Shown here in pieces: positions 1 to 9,639 of a stretch of DNA of 64,000 nt (position 1 is the stretch's first letter; each line of letters starts with the position of its first letter). Position numbers and translations under genes: made by a program. The notes below the pieces were generated by a model that searched no databases, was not told the DNA's origin, and saw only the letters and a list, made by a program, of their open reading frames with translations. Source of the stretch: an uncultured Alphaproteobacteria bacterium (GTDB taxonomy: Bacteria; Pseudomonadota; Alphaproteobacteria; Rs-D84); contig CALXWX010000001.1 in NCBI GenBank assembly GCA_944392565.1, positions 1,444-65,443 on the forward strand, given 5' to 3'.

Positions 1-749
1 CTTCATCAATCAGGTCAATCGCCTTGTCTGGCAAGAATCTGTCTGTGATATATCGATTCGATAACCGCACCGCCGACACCAACGCCGCATCAGAAATACG
101 CACACCGTGATGACCCTCGTATTTTTCTTTTAATCCGCGCAGAATTGATATTGTATCATCAACTGTTGGTTCATCGACATAGACCGGCTGGAACCGGCGT
201 GCCAACGCGGGATCTTTTTCAATATATTGACGATATTCGTCCAGTGTTGTCGCCCCCAAACAGTGTAATTCACCGCGCGCCAACATGGGCTTTAACAAAT
301 TACCGGCATCCATAGATCCTTCGCCTTTACCGGCGCCAACCAATGTGTGCAGTTCATCAATGAACAAAATAATTTGCCCGTCTGAATCTTTGACCGCCTT
401 TAATATCGCTTTCAGGCGTCCTTCGAATTGACCGCGAAACATTGCGCCCGCCATCAGCGCCCCCATATCCAGCGATAATAATTTCTTTTTTAATAAGTTT
501 TCCGGTACATCACCTGACACGATACGCTGTGCCAGCCCTTCGACAATTGCGGTTTTTCCAACCCCCGGATTACCGATTAACACCGGGTTATTTTTTGTAC
601 GGCGTGATAATACCTGAATTGTGCGACGAATTTCTTCATCACGACCAATAACTGGGTCCAGCTTGCCATCAGCCGCCAATTTAGTAAAATCAGTCGTATA
701 TTTTGCAATCGCCTGTTCGGGCGTTTCTTGCATTTCATCTGGATTCATG
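1..749 (-). CDS. clpB: ClpB chaperone, N-terminal part of the gene in-window; C-terminus runs off the window. It starts at ATG 749-747 behind an AGGGGGA Shine-Dalgarno sequence and lacks the canonical N-domain.
   Basis: Manual reverse-strand translation gives [47 protein letters not shown]...[18 protein letters not shown]...[15 protein letters not shown]...[24 protein letters not shown]. This is near-identical in motifs to ClpB NBD1. An in-frame TAA lies 6 codons upstream of the ATG. Confidence 0.85.
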
Positions 750-920
750 TTTAAAAATCCCCCTTGTTATATTTAATTTTCCCTATATATAGTATCAAAA
801 TATGCATTTTCAAGGTACAGGAATCAAAACATTGATTTTTTTATATAACTGGATATTGTAAATTTTTATGATATAATAATACAGTTAAGCCAAATTTTAG
901 GAAACAATAAAACAATTCTT

Positions 921-950
921 GACTTTTGGCGAATTTTGGTATAAATTATG
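921..950 (+). promoter_or_regulatory. Putative sigma-70 promoter (TTGACT, 17-nt spacer, TATAAA) upstream of rpmB
   Basis: Sequence ttgacttttggcgaattttggtataaatt read directly; spacing is canonical. Confidence 0.35.
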
Positions 951-974
951 CCGCAGTTATTAAAGGATTATAAT

Positions 975-1349
975 ATGCCACGCGTATGTAAAGTTACAGG
1001 CAAGAAAACCCAGGTTGGGATGAATGTATCCCATTCGGATCGCCATACAAAGCGTACTTTTCTGCCTAATTTGCAAAAATTAAAATTTCACAGTGATATT
1101 TTGAATCGCGATTTTTCATTGCGTATTTCAACGGCGGGTTTGCGTACATTGACCAAACATGGTGGTCTGGACGCATATGTGATGTCAAAATCACCGTCCC
1201 GTTTAACCCCAGAAATGGCGGCAATTAAAAAGGCGATTAACAAAAAAATTGGCAAACCAGAAAAGCCAGCAAAAAAACCAGCACACAAGGCGAATCGCAG
1301 TGCGCGTCTGGTAAAAAAGGTTGATGCCAAGAAAGCAGCGGCGAAATAA
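975..1349 (+). CDS. rpmB: 50S ribosomal protein L28 with a Lys/Ala-rich C-terminal extension
   Basis: MPRVCKVTGKK...RTFLPNLQ matches the L28 N-terminus. A Shine-Dalgarno sequence aagga precedes ATG 975. The ORF track start at 948 is an upstream in-frame ATG. Confidence 0.85.
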   Translation: MPRVCKVTGKKTQVGMNVSHSDRHTKRTFLPNLQKLKFHSDILNRDFSLRISTAGLRTLTKHGGLDAYVMSKSPSRLTPEMAAIKKAINKKIGKPEKPAKKPAHKANRSARLVKKVDAKKAAAK

Positions 1350-1370
1350 AAACCGACCGTATTGCATTTT

Positions 1371-1455
1371 GGCCCCGTGGCGGAATTGGTAGACGCGCTT
1401 GACTCAAAATCAAGTTCTGCAAGGAGTGTCGGTTCGAGTCCGACCAGGGCCACCA
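1371..1455 (+). tRNA. tRNA-Leu (anticodon CAA), long variable arm, encoded CCA
   Basis: The cloverleaf folds by hand. The acceptor is GGCCCCG/CAGGGCC with one C-A mismatch. The anticodon loop is CUCAAAA, the T-loop is TTCGAGT, and a long variable arm is present. Confidence 0.85.
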
Positions 1456-1463
1456 AAAATATA

Positions 1464-1490
1464 AACCACCACCAGGTGGTTTTTTTTTTA
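1464..1490 (+). terminator. Rho-independent terminator (aaccacc-a-ggtggtt followed by T9)
   Basis: A GC stem followed by a poly-T run lies immediately after the tRNA. Confidence 0.5.
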
Positions 1491-1521
1491 TTTATTCCCG
1501 CATTTGACATAAAAGAATCTC

Positions 1522-1562
1522 ACTGGATCGCCACGGTCGCACCGCTCCCTCGCGATAACAAA
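1522..1562. repeat. Short copy (module 1 only) of the interspersed palindromic intergenic element
   Basis: actggatcgccacggtcgc...ctcgcgataacaaa recurs at 14912-14950. Confidence 0.6.
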
Positions 1563-1584
1563 GAGGACATCAACGATAATAAAT

Positions 1585-1614
1585 AAAAAAATCGCCCAAA
1601 AGGGCGATTTTTTA
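1585..1614. terminator. Bidirectional terminator hairpin atcgccc-aaaa-gggcgat flanked by A and T runs
   Basis: The hairpin lies between the element and convergent rpsU. A near-identical hairpin is at 15143-15170. Confidence 0.5.
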
Positions 1615-1618
1615 TTAA

Positions 1619-1825
1619 CTAGAAACCAAAAACCATTCTTTGTTTTGACTGGCGCTTTTTTTCATTGCGCACGGCTTCTTCTTTCATACGCTTGCGTTTT
1701 GTGGTTGGTTTTTCATAACGCTGGCGCTCTTTCATTTCGCGATACAGACCTTCTTTTTGTGATTTGCGTTTTGCAACACGCAGTGCCTGTTCGACATTAT
1801 TATCGCGAACCAGAACCTTTACCAT
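1619..1825 (-). CDS. rpsU: 30S ribosomal protein S21
   Basis: [52 protein letters not shown] matches S21. The Shine-Dalgarno sequence is AGGGGGTG. The ORF track start 9 codons upstream is an alternative start. Confidence 0.9.
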   Translation of the reverse strand: MVKVLVRDNNVEQALRVAKRKSQKEGLYREMKERQRYEKPTTKRKRMKEEAVRNEKKRQSKQRMVFGF

Positions 1826-1863
1826 CGTATATTCACCCCCTTTACAAAACACTTACTATATTT

Positions 1864-1939
1864 TGGTGGAGCCAATCAGACTCGAACTGACGACCCCCTG
1901 CTTGCAAAGCAGGTGCTCTACCAACTGAGCTATGACCCC
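1864..1939 (-). tRNA. tRNA-Ala (anticodon TGC)
   Basis: The reverse complement reads GGGGTCATAGCTCAGTTGGTAGAGCACCTGCTTTGCAAGCAGGGGGTCGTCAGTTCGAGTCTGATTGGCTCCACCA. The anticodon loop is TTTGCAA. Confidence 0.85.
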
Positions 1940-1981
1940 AAAACTTTGCCCTGTTATTGCCACATCTCATTTGACAGACCC

Positions 1982-2039
1982 ACAGCGTTGCAAAGCAACC
2001 CGCCCTCTACCAACTGAGCTATGACCCCAAAACTTTGCC
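1982..2039 (-). pseudogene. Degenerate 5' fragment of tRNA-Ala. A 35-bp direct repeat at 2005-2039 matches 1916-1950.
   Basis: An exact repeat ctctaccaactgagctatgaccccaaaactttgcc is present. The copy retains the acceptor and D-arm but has a corrupted anticodon stem. Confidence 0.6.
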
Positions 2040-2174
2040 TTATATTACTATAAAAGCCCACAGATTTTATACTTATTTGCAATGATTGTCAATTTAAAAA
2101 TGCAAAAAAACATTTTATCATGTACACAATCTTTCACTGGACAGTTTTCTTTATACAACATATAATAAATTGCT

Positions 2175-3995
2175 ATGTTAAAAAATATTAAAAAGAAAAT
2201 TAAAAAAATTATCAAGGGCGACGAATCCAACGGTCGCATTAAATGGTCATTGTATGGGCGCGTATGGCGCGAAATTGGAAAACCACAATGGAAATGGTTG
2301 CTGTTTGGTGTAATTGCAACAATTGGCGCCGCCGGGGCTGAGGCATATACCATCACCCTGGTTCAACAGGTCGTGGACAAGGCATTTATCGAAAAAAGCA
2401 TGACACATATTTATATGTTTGGTCTGCAAATAATCGCCGCATTTGGTGCCAAGGGGGTATTCAGCTATGCCAAATCACTTATCATGGCAAAGGCTGGATT
2501 AAATGCCAGTGCTGATTTACAGCAACGCATTTATAACCATATGGTGAAAATGAATATTTCTAAATTCTATGGCGATGGAATTGGGAAACACTTAAATTAT
2601 TTTGGTGTCCAGGCGGGCGCTGTATTAAACCTGGTAACTGGCACATTAATCAGCACGATACAGCAAATTGCAACATTAGCAATGACATTGGGATTAATGG
2701 TATACTATGCACCACAAATGTGTGCAGTGTTATTATTCTTGGTCCCGGCAATCATGGTTCCAATGGTTTTAATTATGCGCAAGCGCAGAAAATTATCACG
2801 CGAATCATTTGGCATCGCGAATGATGTGTCCCAGCATTTAAATCAAACATTGCATGGTATTAAAACAATCCAGGCATTCGGCACCGAAGATGTCGAAACC
2901 CAAAAATTTGCCCGTGTATTGGATTCATCAATGTGCAATTCGTACAAGGGAACCCAGGCATTCGCACTGCAATCGCCATTACTGGAATTAATGATATCGA
3001 TTGGATTGTGTTTGGCACTGATTATTGGTGGTCATTTTATTGTCAGTGGTGCAATAACCACCGGTGATTTTACTGCATTCCTGCTGGCATTGACCGCGGC
3101 ATATAAACCCGCGCGCAGCATTACCAGCACCAGCAATACGGTTCAACATGGATTGCTGGCAGCAGAAGTTTTATTTGACTTCTTGGACAGCAAACCAGAT
3201 ATCCAAGATGCACCAAATGCAGTTGAATTGAAACCTGGTAAAATGTCTGTTGGATTCAATCATGTATATTTTGAATATAATCCTGGCGAACCAGTGTTAC
3301 GCGATATAAACTTGCATGTTCCTGCGGGCAAAGTATGTGCACTGGTTGGTCCATCGGGCGGTGGAAAAACCACAATGTTTAATTTAATTGAACGCTTTTA
3401 TGACCCACAAAAAGGTCAAGTAGAAATTAACCGCAAAAATATAAAAGATATTACCCTGCATTCACTGCGCCAAAATATTGCAGAGGTTTCACAAGATGTA
3501 TTTTTGTTCAATGGCACAATCGAAGAAAACATTAAATATGGTTCCCCAAATGCCACACCAGACCAGGTCCAAGCTGCTGCACGCGCGGCAAATGCCCATG
3601 ATTTCATTATGAAATTCCCCAAGAAATATAAATCCAAGGTTGGTGAAGGTGGCGCATTATTGTCCGGTGGACAAAAACAACGAATCGCGATTGCACGCGC
3701 AATATTAAAAGATGCGCCAATTTTACTGTTGGACGAGGCGACATCTGCACTGGATACGCAAAGTGAAAAATTAATCCAGGCGGCATTAAAAGACCTGATG
3801 CGTGGGCGCACAACATTTGTTATTGCACACCGCTTGTCAACGATACTGGATGCTGATATAATATGCGTAATCAAAGATGGTCATATTATTGAACGCGGAA
3901 CAGATGCGGAACTGGTTGCGTTGAACGGCGAATATAAAAAATTACGCGATATTCAGTTCAAACCCGAAGAACAAAAACAGAAAAAAAATAAATGA
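2175..3995 (+). CDS. ABC transporter fused permease/ATPase, MsbA-like exporter
   Basis: Six predicted N-terminal TM helices. Walker A is GPSGGGKTT and the signature is LSGGQKQRIAIARA, with Walker B ILLLDEATSALD. Confidence 0.85.
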   Translation: MLKNIKKKIKKIIKGDESNGRIKWSLYGRVWREIGKPQWKWLLFGVIATIGAAGAEAYTITLVQQVVDKAFIEKSMTHIYMFGLQIIAAFGAKGVFSYAKSLIMAKAGLNASADLQQRIYNHMVKMNISKFYGDGIGKHLNYFGVQAGAVLNLVTGTLISTIQQIATLAMTLGLMVYYAPQMCAVLLFLVPAIMVPMVLIMRKRRKLSRESFGIANDVSQHLNQTLHGIKTIQAFGTEDVETQKFARVLDSSMCNSYKGTQAFALQSPLLELMISIGLCLALIIGGHFIVSGAITTGDFTAFLLALTAAYKPARSITSTSNTVQHGLLAAEVLFDFLDSKPDIQDAPNAVELKPGKMSVGFNHVYFEYNPGEPVLRDINLHVPAGKVCALVGPSGGGKTTMFNLIERFYDPQKGQVEINRKNIKDITLHSLRQNIAEVSQDVFLFNGTIEENIKYGSPNATPDQVQAAARAANAHDFIMKFPKKYKSKVGEGGALLSGGQKQRIAIARAILKDAPILLLDEATSALDTQSEKLIQAALKDLMRGRTTFVIAHRLSTILDADIICVIKDGHIIERGTDAELVALNGEYKKLRDIQFKPEEQKQKKNK

Positions 3996-4768
3996 ACAAA
4001 CAAAACATTTCTTTGATACAGAATAATAATTTGCAATGTGTGCGTACACCAAGTGGTCAATATACTTTGAATATACGCAATACCAATGGTCGTATGCATC
4101 GGATTAAATCCATTGGTTTTTCATCACAGCCATTTGAAATCGTCGCGCAATTTCAAAATACCCCGATGATTGCTGTACGCCGCAGTATTATGACACCACG
4201 CGGTCTGGTGGCGCGTTTATATCTGGTAAATACAACGACCGGCATGATTGATGAACGCACGGCTAATGGTGTTGCATCCATTTCATACAATCCAATTGAC
4301 CGGCAATTTTATTTTTTAAATGAACCAGTGAAAAATAACGCACAAACATTGACATCAAATGTGTTGTTATTGTGGTTGTTGATGCAAAATCAAATTGATG
4401 CAGCATTGATGCAGCGTTTATTACAAAACCCAACCGCATTACAAACAATTGATATAAATACAAATGGGATTGCAATAAATACAATTATGCGCCCAATCCG
4501 TAAACGCAAACCGCGTAATCGTAAAAAATTACGCGCCCGTGCAAAGCGTATTCGTACAACACGAAAAAATGCGCGCATTGCAAAACCAAGACCAAAAAAA
4601 TCGGCATTACATGCCACATTAAATGCACCATATTCATTGCAACCAAAACAAAATATTAAATATGGAATGCAAAAAATCAACATACCCGATACAGGGATTA
4701 ATAAAAAACATCAAAAAAATGCACTGATACAAAAATATTTAATGCAATCTGCGCAAATACAACGATAA
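3992..4768 (+). CDS. Hypothetical protein with an Arg/Lys-rich C-terminus; start overlaps the ABC gene stop (ATGA)
   Basis: The ORF uses an ATG start. Its tail is basic (KRKPRNRKKLRARAKRIRTTRKNARIAKPRPKK). No family was recognised. Confidence 0.5.
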   Translation: MNKQNISLIQNNNLQCVRTPSGQYTLNIRNTNGRMHRIKSIGFSSQPFEIVAQFQNTPMIAVRRSIMTPRGLVARLYLVNTTTGMIDERTANGVASISYNPIDRQFYFLNEPVKNNAQTLTSNVLLLWLLMQNQIDAALMQRLLQNPTALQTIDINTNGIAINTIMRPIRKRKPRNRKKLRARAKRIRTTRKNARIAKPRPKKSALHATLNAPYSLQPKQNIKYGMQKINIPDTGINKKHQKNALIQKYLMQSAQIQR

Positions 4769-4800
4769 AAAAATGCGGGATTAAATCCCGCATTTTTATC
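4768..4800 (+). terminator. Rho-independent terminator gcgggatttaatcccgc followed by a T-run
   Basis: The hairpin was read directly. Confidence 0.55.
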
Positions 4801-4873
4801 GGGTCGTTGTCGTATCAATTTGTATTTTGCGGCGATTTATGATATTATTCATGTATAATAAAAGGGAAATAAT

Positions 4874-5359
4874 ATGCCAGCAAAAAAATCTGTAAAGAAA
4901 CAGCGCGAACCGGTTACCAGCAAAAAATATACTAATATGTTCCAGGCGTATGGTGCGTTTTGGCGGCGTGGTTTTACTGAATGGGCGGGTACTTCGTCGC
5001 TGTCAGAATATTGGTGGACATATTTGGTGAATCTTTTAATAGTTATCGCATGGTGGGTATTGTTTGTGATAGCGGCTGGTCCAGGTATGATTGAACCAAG
5101 TATACCACTTAGTAATACACCAGCGGTTATGTTTTTAACATTGTTGTTGGCAGGATACGGTTTGGCGAGTGTTGTGCCATCTTTATCGATGATGGTGCGG
5201 CGTTTGCACGATGCGGGATTAAGTGCGTGGTGGTTAATGTTGTGGATTTTGGCAATTATCCCAGTGGTGAATTTTATTGTTAGTATTGTATTCTTGGTAT
5301 TTTTTGTATTACCAACCAAAGAAACAGATAATCCATATCATAAATTTAATAAGAATTAA
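4874..5359 (+). CDS. DUF805 family inner-membrane protein
   Basis: [12 protein letters not shown] matches the DUF805 signature (RLHDxGxSGWW). Several TM helices are predicted. The Shine-Dalgarno sequence is aagggaa. Confidence 0.7.
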   Translation: MPAKKSVKKQREPVTSKKYTNMFQAYGAFWRRGFTEWAGTSSLSEYWWTYLVNLLIVIAWWVLFVIAAGPGMIEPSIPLSNTPAVMFLTLLLAGYGLASVVPSLSMMVRRLHDAGLSAWWLMLWILAIIPVVNFIVSIVFLVFFVLPTKETDNPYHKFNKN

Positions 5360-5390
5360 AAAAATCCCCCGATTGGGGGATTTTTTATGC
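5356..5390. terminator. Bidirectional terminator atcccccgattgggggat between convergent genes
   Basis: A perfect hairpin with flanking A and T runs. Confidence 0.55.
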
Positions 5391-6662
5391 GACCTTTTTC
5401 GCATCACGCAATATTTCAACCGGTGGCTTTTTCCCAACAACAACATCTTTATCAATAACAATTTCCGCCAGTTCATTATTATCCGGTGCATCAAACATTG
5501 GTTGCAACAATATTTTTTCCAGTATGCTGCGCAATCCACGCGCACCCGTCTTGCGCGCAACCGCCATTTTGGCAATTTCACGCAACCCATCATCAGTAAT
5601 TGTTAATTTCACCCCATCCAATTCCAACATTGCCGCATATTGCTTTACAATTGCATTTTTTGGTTCTGTCAATATTTTGACCAGCGCATCTTCATCCAAA
5701 TCCTGTAATGTTGTAATAACAGGCAAACGACCAACCAATTCCGGAATAATGCCAAATTTTACCAAATCTTCGGGTTGTACATCATCCAAATAATTTTTTG
5801 ATTCGCGATCTTTCTTTGATTCAACATTTGCGCCAAATCCGATACCCGCACGCGCATTTTTACGCGAACCGATAATCTTGTTCAAACCATCAAATGCCCC
5901 ACCGCATATAAACAAGATTTTGGATGTATCCAATTGAACTGTCGCTTCGCCCGGGTGTTTACGCCCTGCCCCACCGGCGGGAACATTTGCAACCGTGCCT
6001 TCGACCAGTTTTAATAGTGCCTGTTGCACACCTTCGCCAGATACATCACGCGTCAGCGACGGATTTTCCGATTTGCGCGCAATTTTATCAATTTCATCGA
6101 TATATATAATTCCGCGTCCTGCGCGTTCAACATCAAAATTTGCATTCTGTAATAAGCGCGTTAATACACTTTCCACATCATCGCCGACATATCCAGCCTC
6201 GGTCAATGTGGTGGCATCTGCAATTGCAAATGGTACATCCAAAATTCGTGCTAATGTCTGGGCAAACAGTGTTTTTCCTGTTCCCGTTGGTCCAATTAAT
6301 AATACATTTGATTTTTGAATTTCGACCTTGGTTGTATCTGCGACACTGTGCCGTTTATAATGATTATAAACCGCAACAGATAATGTACGCTTTGCATAAT
6401 CCTGACCAACGATATATTCGTTTAAAAAGTTATATATTTGATGCGGTGTCGGTAATTTTGCCCGCGCACCATCAACATCACGGCGCATATCATCCGCCAT
6501 AATATCATTACACAAATTTATGCATTCATCACAAATGCAAACATTACGACCACTGACCAGTTTTTTTACTTCATATACAGCCTTGCCGCAAAAACTGCAA
6601 AACTGTGGGGTTGTCACATTTTCTTGTTTTTCATCCGATGAATTTATTTTATCGTTGCTCAT
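5385..6662 (-). CDS. clpX: ATP-dependent Clp protease ATP-binding subunit ClpX
   Basis: An N-terminal zinc ribbon (CSFCGK...CICDECI) is followed by a AAA+ core ([11 protein letters not shown]...[10 protein letters not shown]). Confidence 0.92.
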   Translation of the reverse strand: MSNDKINSSDEKQENVTTPQFCSFCGKAVYEVKKLVSGRNVCICDECINLCNDIMADDMRRDVDGARAKLPTPHQIYNFLNEYIVGQDYAKRTLSVAVYNHYKRHSVADTTKVEIQKSNVLLIGPTGTGKTLFAQTLARILDVPFAIADATTLTEAGYVGDDVESVLTRLLQNANFDVERAGRGIIYIDEIDKIARKSENPSLTRDVSGEGVQQALLKLVEGTVANVPAGGAGRKHPGEATVQLDTSKILFICGGAFDGLNKIIGSRKNARAGIGFGANVESKKDRESKNYLDDVQPEDLVKFGIIPELVGRLPVITTLQDLDEDALVKILTEPKNAIVKQYAAMLELDGVKLTITDDGLREIAKMAVARKTGARGLRSILEKILLQPMFDAPDNNELAEIVIDKDVVVGKKPPVEILRDAKKVA

Positions 6663-6696
6663 AATACCATCCCTGAATTAAAACAATTGGATAAAA

Positions 6697-7278
6697 TTAT
6701 TTTCTTGTCAAAATGCCATCAATCAAACCGAATTTTTTCGCTTCATCTGGACACATCCAGTTATCCCGTTCCATTGCCTCGAACAATTCTTTTTCTTTGC
6801 GTCCGGTAAATTCTGCCATTTGCTTAATCAATGTTTTTTTATTTTTTTGATATTGCGCCATGCGGATTTCCATATCTGTAATTTGCCCTTCGGCACCCGC
6901 CATTGGTTGATGTATCATGATTTGTGTATTTGGCAAAACAAAGCGTTTACCCTTTTCACCCGCCGCCAATAATACAGACCCCATTGACGCAACCAATCCC
7001 ATACCAATTGTTGACACTGGCGATTTTATATATTGCATAGTATCCATAATCGCCCAACCTGCTGAAACATCCCCACCCGGCGAATTAATATACATAGAAA
7101 TATCCGCATTTGGATTTTCGGATTCCAAAAATAATAATTGTGCAACAATCGAATTTGCCATTGTTGGTTCAATTTGCCCATTTACCATAACAATTCTGTC
7201 GCGTAATAACCTGGAATAAATATCAAAAGATCGTTCCCCGCGCGGCGATTCTTCTATAACCATTGGTATTAATGCCAT
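6697..7278 (-). CDS. clpP: ATP-dependent Clp protease proteolytic subunit ClpP
   Basis: [21 protein letters not shown]...INSPGG...MIHQP match ClpP motifs. The clpP-clpX operon order is conserved. Confidence 0.92.
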   Translation of the reverse strand: MALIPMVIEESPRGERSFDIYSRLLRDRIVMVNGQIEPTMANSIVAQLLFLESENPNADISMYINSPGGDVSAGWAIMDTMQYIKSPVSTIGMGLVASMGSVLLAAGEKGKRFVLPNTQIMIHQPMAGAEGQITDMEIRMAQYQKNKKTLIKQMAEFTGRKEKELFEAMERDNWMCPDEAKKFGLIDGILTRK

Positions 7279-7445
7279 AATTAAAACCTCATATTTTTAC
7301 AAATAAAACTATATCATACAAAAACCCGATTCGCGAATTTATCATGTATATAGGTATACATCCACAAAAAACAAGATGTAAAAGATATTTGACAATAAAT
7401 AACCGTATGATACTATCTGGCGGCTAAAAAACACAGGAACAATGA

Positions 7446-7826
7446 ATGACACCAGGATTTCGTATTATTGAACGCGAACGAATAATTGCGAACATAAAAA
7501 TTATTATGATGGCATACCGCGCATCAAATGCCCAAACACAATACCATGCAAATCTGTTAAAACTGTTATCTAAATACAATGGCAAATCTGACGCGCTGAA
7601 AATAAAAATGCAATTTAACCACATCCGAAACGAACAATTATTAACAGAAATTGCGGCATATTTGTATGATTTAACATCAGACGAAGATTATTTTTCTTAC
7701 GATTATGAACGATATGTTGTCGATGTCGCCGAAAATCTGGCATATACCGCCCAAAACCGCAGAAGCAACCAGATTATTCCAACAATCCGTTCACGAATTG
7801 CCGCATTATTTCAAAAAACAAAATAA
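7446..7826 (+). CDS. Hypothetical protein
   Basis: A 126-aa ORF followed by a terminator hairpin at 7826-7852. No family was recognised. Confidence 0.4.
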   Translation: MTPGFRIIERERIIANIKIIMMAYRASNAQTQYHANLLKLLSKYNGKSDALKIKMQFNHIRNEQLLTEIAAYLYDLTSDEDYFSYDYERYVVDVAENLAYTAQNRRSNQIIPTIRSRIAALFQKTK

Positions 7827-7855
7827 AAAATGCCATATCGGCATTTTTTATGCAG
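7826..7855. terminator. Hairpin aaaaaatgccatatcggcatttttta
   Basis: The stem-loop with a T-run was read directly. Confidence 0.45.
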
Positions 7856-8948
7856 CCTGCTTTATACTGCGTTTAACATTACGAACATAACTGCGCAGTT
7901 CATCAATTGGCACCAGCGTTCCATCACGCTTTTCTGCCGACCAATAATCCCAACCGTTAAAGCTGACGCAATGCTGTAACCGTGCCGCCATAACATGAAT
8001 TGACGCCTTGCCATGCAGCGAATGTGCCAATTGCCCATCACGGGTAATCATAACGCGTTCACCACGCGGACTGACCAATGTTTGACCAACATATAATAAT
8101 CCCGCCTCTATTAATTCTTTGAATGCAACACGAACTTCATCCCGTTTTGGGTTTGCGACCTCTATTTCCGACAAATCAATTGGTTGAACCGCATCCACAC
8201 GCGCACGCGCCGCGGCGACATATGATTCTTCGCGTTCAATACCAATAAAATTGCGTCCCAATTCTTTGGCAGCGGCGGCGGTTGTACCACTGCCCAAGAA
8301 CGGATCCAGAATAACATCACCCGCCTTGGTCGATGCCAAAATCACACGACGCAACAAATCCATTGGCTTTTGCGTATTATGCAAACTTTTGCCATTTTTG
8401 TCTTTTACCCGTTCTTCGCCCAGGCAAATATTAATATTCCAATCTGAACGCATCTGCTTTCCACCATTCAGACGCTTCATCGTTTCATAATTAAATGTAT
8501 ATTTACCTGTCTTGCGCGGCGTTGCCCAAATTAATGTTTCATGCGCATTTGTAAAACGCGTGCCACGAAAATTAGGCATCGGATTTGTTTTCACCCAAAC
8601 AATATCATTCAGTATCCAAAAGCCTAAATCTTGTAATATCGCACCCACACGGAAAATATTATGATAACTGCCAATGACCCACATTGCGCCATCCGGCTTC
8701 AAGACGCGTTTACATTCTGTCAACCACTGGCGCGTAAATTCATCATATGCCGCCGGACTATCAAATGCATCCCATGCATCACGCACGGCACGCGCGGCAG
8801 TTTGATCTTCGGGTCTGTATAATGTTTTTGCCCCCAACTGTAAATTATATGGTGAATCCGCAAATACCGCATCAACTGATGCATCTGGGATATTACGCAT
8901 TACATCTATGCAATCACCGGTCAAAATCTGGTTTAAATATTTTTCCAT
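7848..8948 (-). CDS. ccrM: Cell-cycle regulated DNA adenine (N6) methyltransferase, CcrM-like (GANTC family)
   Basis: The protein shows DSPYN, IWVIGSYHNIFRVG, FWILNDIVW and RFTNAHETLIWA, plus a C-terminal domain colinear with Caulobacter CcrM. The start was trimmed to MEKYLNQILTGDC at 8948. Confidence 0.85.
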   Translation of the reverse strand: MEKYLNQILTGDCIDVMRNIPDASVDAVFADSPYNLQLGAKTLYRPEDQTAARAVRDAWDAFDSPAAYDEFTRQWLTECKRVLKPDGAMWVIGSYHNIFRVGAILQDLGFWILNDIVWVKTNPMPNFRGTRFTNAHETLIWATPRKTGKYTFNYETMKRLNGGKQMRSDWNINICLGEERVKDKNGKSLHNTQKPMDLLRRVILASTKAGDVILDPFLGSGTTAAAAKELGRNFIGIEREESYVAAARARVDAVQPIDLSEIEVANPKRDEVRVAFKELIEAGLLYVGQTLVSPRGERVMITRDGQLAHSLHGKASIHVMAARLQHCVSFNGWDYWSAEKRDGTLVPIDELRSYVRNVKRSIKQAA

Positions 8949-9124
8949 CTCTCTCTGAATCTCAGAACATATTTTATCATAAAATCCCCCCATTAAAAAG
9001 CCGCGGTCGCAACATTGGACGCAAATAAAACACTTGATTTTTATAAAAAAGCAATTTTTTACCCTGGCGCCCATTTGCAAATTCTGCTTTACAGTTGGAT
9101 TTTTGACTGCTACCGTATATAACT

Positions 9125-9631
9125 ATGAGATGTCCGTATTGTAATTCAACCGACAGCCGGGTAACAGATTCCCGCCCCGATACCGAAGACGCAATTATTC
9201 GGCGTCGTCGGGTATGCAATCAATGTGGCGCAAAATTCACAACGGTTGAACGCGTTCAAATGCGCGATTTAATGGTGCGTAAAAACAGTGGGAAACTGGA
9301 ACCATTTGACCGCGAAAAATTACGGCGCAGTATAAAACTGGCATGCCGCAATCGCGATGTCGGGGACGAACAAATTGAAAAACTGGTAACATCTATTCAC
9401 CGCAGACTGGAAACAGAAACTGCCGACGACACGGTCAGCAGTGCATTGGTTGGACAAATGGTATCTGATTCATTATTAAATCTGGATCCGATTGCATTCG
9501 TGCGATTTGTATCAGTATATCGCAAATTTTCGCACATTTCTGATTTTAAAAAGATAATTGCCCAAATTCCAGAATCAGACACAGACGACAATTCAACCAC
9601 ATGCCAGCTGCCTAAAACATCACTATTTTGA
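9125..9631 (+). CDS. nrdR: Transcriptional repressor NrdR (zinc ribbon plus ATP-cone)
   Basis: MRCPYCNSTDSRVTDSRP...CNQCGAKFTTVERV matches the NrdR N-terminus. Confidence 0.88.
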   Translation: MRCPYCNSTDSRVTDSRPDTEDAIIRRRRVCNQCGAKFTTVERVQMRDLMVRKNSGKLEPFDREKLRRSIKLACRNRDVGDEQIEKLVTSIHRRLETETADDTVSSALVGQMVSDSLLNLDPIAFVRFVSVYRKFSHISDFKKIIAQIPESDTDDNSTTCQLPKTSLF

Positions 9632-9639
9632 CAACAATC

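Noticed and set aside
1088-1510. ORF 1088-1510 (minus strand, 140 aa) overlapping rpmB and tRNA-Leu.
   Set aside because: It overlaps a confidently identified ribosomal protein gene and a tRNA on the opposite strand. It is hydrophobic junk.
7391-7420. Sigma-70-like promoter TTGACA…TACTAT upstream of ORF 7446.
   Set aside because: Spacing is only 16 nt with a weak -10 element. In an AT-rich genome such matches are frequent by chance, so it is not reported as a feature.
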